Shown here piece after piece: positions 59,607 to 63,459 of a DNA stretch of 63,459 bases. A program made the translations under genes and the position numbers. The first letter of the stretch is position 1; every line of letters starts with the position of its first letter. Below the pieces are notes generated by a model. That model searched no databases, had not been told where the DNA came from, and saw nothing but the letters and a program-made list of their open reading frames with translations. This DNA comes from Anaerolineae bacterium (lineage in GTDB: Bacteria; Chloroflexota; Anaerolineae; S140-20). Location: positions 1 through 63,459 of the forward strand of contig JALUTT010000027.1 of the NCBI GenBank assembly GCA_027021705.1, given 5' to 3'.

Positions 59607-59828
59607 ATGACGGTGGAGATAAAACCGTTGGTGGAAATCAACCGGCGGGCCTTGCGCGTGCTGTATCAGGAATTGGGGGTTGTGGATGCGGTGCGATTTC
59701 TGCGACAGTTTACGGTGGGTTTTGGTGATTACACAAAAGAGCGACGTGAGATCTTTGCGGGAAAAACCCTGAATGAGATTGTCGAAGAGATTGAGCGGCA
59801 AGAGAGAGAGGCGCGCGTCGGCACGTAG
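59607..59828 (+). CDS. small hypothetical protein (GDYTKER motif, antitoxin-like)
   Basis: AAGGAGG RBS; LG..DA.RFL.QF..G.GDYT.ER pattern. Confidence 0.7.
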   Translation: MTVEIKPLVEINRRALRVLYQELGVVDAVRFLRQFTVGFGDYTKERREIFAGKTLNEIVEEIERQEREARVGT

Positions 59829-59896
59829 CTGCGGGCCGTCTCTTCCAACTCCGAGCGGCTGAGGGAAGCCGCCCTACATCCTGCGGGCTGTGGACT

Positions 59897-60880
59897 ATGG
59901 ACCGTGGACTACGGACCATCCGAGTCGTTTTTATGGGCACCCCTGAATTCGCCCTACCCACTCTGAAGGCCCTGGCCGAAGCCTACCGGGTCGTCGGGGT
60001 GGTCACCCAGCCCGACCGGCCCGCCGGGCGAGGCCGCCGCCTGACGCCCCCACCGGTCAAGCGGCTGGCCCTGGAGCTGGGGCTCCCCGTCTTCCAGCCC
60101 CGCACCCTGCGCACCGCCGAGGCCCTGGACCGCCTGCGGGACTGGTCGCCCGACGTGATCGTCGTCGCCGCCACCGGCCACATCCTGCCGCCGGCCATCC
60201 TCCACCTCCCGCCCCACGGCTGCCTCAACGTCCACGCCTCGCTGCTCCCCCGCTGGCGGGGGGCCGCTCCCATCCAAGCCGCCATCCTGGCCGGCGACCG
60301 GGAGACGGGGGTCACGATCATGCAGATGGACGAGGGAATTGACACCGGCCCCATCCTGGCCCAGCGGGCCACCTCCATCGGCCCCCGGGAGACGGCGGCC
60401 GAGCTGCACGACCGCCTGGCCGAGATGGGCGCGGCGCTCCTCTTGGAAGTGCTGCCCGACTGGCTGGACGGTCGGATCACCCCCCGGCCCCAGGATGAGG
60501 CCGGCGCCACCTACGCGCCGATGATCCGCAAAGAGCAAGGAGAGGTGGACTGGCAGCAGCCGGCCCTCCAGATAGACCGCCAGGTCCGAGCCTACACCCC
60601 CTGGCCGGGAGCCTACACCTTCTGGCGGGGGAAGCGGCTGCGGCTCTGGCGGGTCACGCCCCTGCCGGAGGCCACCTTCGACGCGCTGCCGGGCCGGGTG
60701 GTCGAGGTCGAGGGCTGGCCCGTCGTGGTCACCGGCCAGGGCGGGCTGCGGCTGGAGCGGCTCCAACTGGCCGGACGGAAGCCCCTGGAGGCCCCCGACT
60801 TCCTGCGGGGCCACCCCCGTTTCCTGGGCGCATCATTGGGATCGTCCAATGGGGAGTCCGACGCCGAAGCACCAGCTTGA
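59897..60880 (+). CDS. fmt: methionyl-tRNA formyltransferase
   Basis: VFMGTPEFA, VTQPDRPAGRG, NVHASLLPRWRGAAPI, MDEGIDTG. Confidence 0.96.
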   Translation: MDRGLRTIRVVFMGTPEFALPTLKALAEAYRVVGVVTQPDRPAGRGRRLTPPPVKRLALELGLPVFQPRTLRTAEALDRLRDWSPDVIVVAATGHILPPAILHLPPHGCLNVHASLLPRWRGAAPIQAAILAGDRETGVTIMQMDEGIDTGPILAQRATSIGPRETAAELHDRLAEMGAALLLEVLPDWLDGRITPRPQDEAGATYAPMIRKEQGEVDWQQPALQIDRQVRAYTPWPGAYTFWRGKRLRLWRVTPLPEATFDALPGRVVEVEGWPVVVTGQGGLRLERLQLAGRKPLEAPDFLRGHPRFLGASLGSSNGESDAEAPA

Positions 60881-60898
60881 AACCTGACAAGGGGGAAG

Positions 60899-62923
60899 AT
60901 GATGCAACCCCTGGCCTATCCGCTGGACAGCCGGGTGCTCTACGCTGCCTGGGAGCAGTTCATCACCACACGGCAGTTGGACGACGAGGTCCTGCAGATC
61001 ATGGACCCGGTGATCCTCCGCTCCTGGCAGCGGTGCGCCCCCCGCCTCGATGCCCGCTCCACCCCCCGCCTCACTGTGCTCGACCGGGAGGGCCTGGAGC
61101 GGGTCCTGATGAACCACTTCGACCTTATCGCCGTCGCCCGGCCCGTGATGGAGGACATCCACCAGTTCGTCGAGGGGTCGGGCTTCGTCGTCACCCTGGC
61201 CGACAGCAGCGGCTGCGTCCTGGACCTGCTGGGGGACCCCTGGATCGTGGAGGAGGTCGCCCGGCTGGGGCTGACGCCGGGGGCCTACTGGGACGAGGGA
61301 CGGATGGGCACCAACGGCCTGGCCCTGGCCCTGCTGGAGGCGATGCCCGTCCAGGTCGTCGGACCTGAGCATTACTTCATCGCCCATCATCCCTACACCT
61401 GCTCCGCCGCCCCCATCCACGACGTCAGCGGGCGGATCGTCGGCGTGCTGGGGATGTCGGGACGGGAGGAGGCCAGCCACCCCCACACGCTAGGGATCGT
61501 GATGGCCGCCGCCCGGGCCATCGAGAACCAGCTTCAGACGGACCTCTACGTCCGGGAGGCCAACCGCCGCCTGGCCGAACTGAAGAGCATCGTCGGCGCC
61601 GTCTCCGACGGCCTCCTGGCCTGGAACCAGGAGGGGCGGATCACCCACCTGAACGCCCAGGCCGGCACCATCCTGGGCCTCAACCCCTGGACCGCCGTGG
61701 GACGTTCCCTCACGGAGGTGCTGAACCCCCCTCGGCAGATCCTAGAGGCGACGGAGCAGGGGAAGAGCCTACGGGACGTCGAGTGTCGTTTCACCGTCGA
61801 GGGCCGACCCATCGAGTGCCTGGTCAGCATGCAGCCGATCCGGGAGGGCTCCCAGAGGACGGTGGGCTACATCGCCACCCTGCGGCGCATCGAGCAGGTC
61901 CGCCGGCTGGTCCACCGACTGGTGGGCGCCCAGGCAACCCTGACCCTGGACGACCTGCCCGGCGAGACGCCGAAGATGCGCCAGGTCCGCCGCCAGGCCC
62001 GCATCGCCGCCCGGGGGACCGCGCCCGTCCTCCTGCGGGGCGAGGACGGAACGGGGAAGAACCCGCTGGCCCGAGCCATCCACAACGAGAGCGACCGGGC
62101 CGATGGCCCCTTCATCGCCATCAACTGCCTCTCCATCCCCCACGAGCTGATGGCCAGCGAGTTCCTGGGCTACGAGGGAGGGGCTTTCAGCGGAGCGCTG
62201 GCGGAGGGACGCCCCAGCAAGTTTGAGCTAGCCGACGGCGGGACCCTCTTCCTCGACGAGATCGAGAGCCTGACGCTGGAAGTCCAGGCGGCGCTGCTCC
62301 AGGTGATCGAGACAGGCCACGTGATGCGGCTGGGGGGCACCCATCCCATCCCCGTGGACGTGCGGATCATCGCCGCCACCAGCGCTGACCTGGGCCGGCT
62401 GGTCTCCGAGGGCAGCTTCCGGGCCGACCTCTACTACCGTTTCGGCGCGTTCATCATTGAGATCCCCCCGCTGCGGGAGCGGGTGGAGGACATCCCGCTG
62501 CTGGCCTCCCGCCTGCTGACCCGAATCGGCCGGCAATTGGGGCGGAAGGTCACCCTTTCCAAGGAAGCCCTGGCCGCTCTGATGCGCTACCCCTGGCCGG
62601 GGAACATCCGGGAGATGGAGAACGCCCTGGAGCGAGCGGTGGCGATGAGCGAGGGGGAGGTCATCCGCCTGAGCGACCTGCCGGTGACGGTGCGGGGGCG
62701 GTACGTCCTGCTGCCGGGGGCGGCGCGGGCCGAGCCCGTCCTGACGATGGAGGAAGCGGAGCGGGAGGCGATCATCCGGGCCGGCTGGGCCTGCCGGGGG
62801 CAGGTCACCCAGATGGCCGTCCAGTTGGGGATCAGCCGGACCACCTTGTGGCGCAAGATGAAGCGCTTCGGTCTGCACCCCGAGGACTTCAAGAACGGTC
62901 AGCAGCCCCGCAGCAGAAAGTAG
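60899..62923 (+). CDS. GAF-PAS-AAA+-Fis HTH transcriptional regulator (AcoR/DhaR-like)
   Basis: SWQRC, GTNG, GEDGTGK, GAFSGA, FLDEI, WPGNIRE, LGISRTTLWRK. Confidence 0.92.
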   Translation: MMQPLAYPLDSRVLYAAWEQFITTRQLDDEVLQIMDPVILRSWQRCAPRLDARSTPRLTVLDREGLERVLMNHFDLIAVARPVMEDIHQFVEGSGFVVTLADSSGCVLDLLGDPWIVEEVARLGLTPGAYWDEGRMGTNGLALALLEAMPVQVVGPEHYFIAHHPYTCSAAPIHDVSGRIVGVLGMSGREEASHPHTLGIVMAAARAIENQLQTDLYVREANRRLAELKSIVGAVSDGLLAWNQEGRITHLNAQAGTILGLNPWTAVGRSLTEVLNPPRQILEATEQGKSLRDVECRFTVEGRPIECLVSMQPIREGSQRTVGYIATLRRIEQVRRLVHRLVGAQATLTLDDLPGETPKMRQVRRQARIAARGTAPVLLRGEDGTGKNPLARAIHNESDRADGPFIAINCLSIPHELMASEFLGYEGGAFSGALAEGRPSKFELADGGTLFLDEIESLTLEVQAALLQVIETGHVMRLGGTHPIPVDVRIIAATSADLGRLVSEGSFRADLYYRFGAFIIEIPPLRERVEDIPLLASRLLTRIGRQLGRKVTLSKEALAALMRYPWPGNIREMENALERAVAMSEGEVIRLSDLPVTVRGRYVLLPGAARAEPVLTMEEAEREAIIRAGWACRGQVTQMAVQLGISRTTLWRKMKRFGLHPEDFKNGQQPRSRK

Positions 62924-62976
62924 GGGTGCGATTCGATTGCGCCCTGGCAGTAGGGACGCAATTCGATCGCGCCCCC
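62920..62976 (+). repeat. two tandem GTAG-type REP palindromes
   Basis: gtaggggtgcgattcgattgcgccc (62920) and gtagggacgcaattcgatcgcgccc (62950). Confidence 0.65.
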
Positions 62977-63104
62977 TGAGGGGTTGTGCGCCCCCTCCCC
63001 GCCGTCAGGTCACGGCCTTGCCGACGACCTGGGCCGCACTGCCCAAGGCTCAGTGTCTTCACCTCCCCCAGCGCTTCAGTGATTCTGGGGGCTTGGTTGG
63101 CGGA

Positions 63105-63332
63105 CGGACGAGCTGTCAACGAATTGGGGAACGGATAGCTGTCAACGGATTGGGAACGGATTGAACGGATTTGGAACGGATGGGGGGTTGGTGCTCCCAA
63201 GAGGGCTTGTCCAGACCTTCGCACCGCTTCGTGCTCTTTGAGCTCTTGGTGCCCTTCGTGTCTCCCGCCGTGGCCGGAGCGGACGAGCTGTCAACGAATT
63301 GGGGAACGGATAGCTGTCAACGGATTGGGAAC
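63105..63332. repeat. 53-bp exact direct repeat (63105-63157 and 63280-63332) with aacggat sub-repeats
   Basis: cggacgagctgtcaacgaattggggaacggatagctgtcaacggattgggaac occurs twice. Confidence 0.85.
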
Positions 63333-63407
63333 TTGGACTTTTGACAAAGCTGCTCCCATCCTTGGGAGGACTTGACAATCAGGCCGGAACCGGGCAAAGT
63401 TGGGAGT

Positions 63408-63459
63408 ATGAGCGAATCCCAACTTCGCCGGTTCCGAGACCTGCTATATCAGCACCTTA
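63408..63459 (+). CDS. 5' end of a CDS running off the window (MSESQLRRFRDLLYQHL)
   Basis: ATG after GGGAG, open to the window end; TTGACA at 63372. Confidence 0.5.
   Translation, partial: MSESQLRRFRDLLYQHL

Noticed and set aside
63105..63332. Mini-CRISPR or att-site pair
   Set aside because: Only two 53-bp copies around a 122-bp low-complexity interval; no cas or integrase gene.
1..63459. Genome-wide UGA reassignment (Trp/Gly code)
   Set aside because: Many genes end in TGA at their expected C-termini (e.g. fmt, the large subunit itself, ATGA overlaps), and Trp is encoded by TGG.

Overview
High-GC bacterial chromosomal segment, probably from Chloroflexota/Anaerolineae. This is inferred from the DUF11 surface proteins, a C-terminal YLPxVxR motif and short-oligomer intergenic repeats. 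It carries about 45 CDSs, tRNA-Sec(UCA), tRNA-Glu(CUC), two families of miniature inverted-repeat elements and GTAG-type REP arrays. Main finding: a membrane-bound group-1-type [NiFe] uptake hydrogenase operon (small subunit, large subunit, cytochrome b, maturation protease; 23951-28224, minus strand). Its large subunit looks split in the ORF track only because both cysteines of the N-terminal Ni-binding motif RxCGxC are in-frame UGA codons (R-I-UGA-G-V-UGA-T-T-V-H). Two SECIS-like hairpins follow immediately, and a tRNA-Sec gene lies 7 kb away. This points to a di-selenocysteine hydrogenase with Se at positions different from classical [NiFeSe] enzymes. Second finding: a lower-GC island (14.1-22.5 kb) in which a sugar ABC system appears repurposed as a sensor. 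A degenerate ABC ATPase is fused to a HisKA_3 kinase, and a REC-LuxR-REC regulator sits divergent from a CUT1 sugar transporter. All calls are by eye from motifs; no database searches were run.
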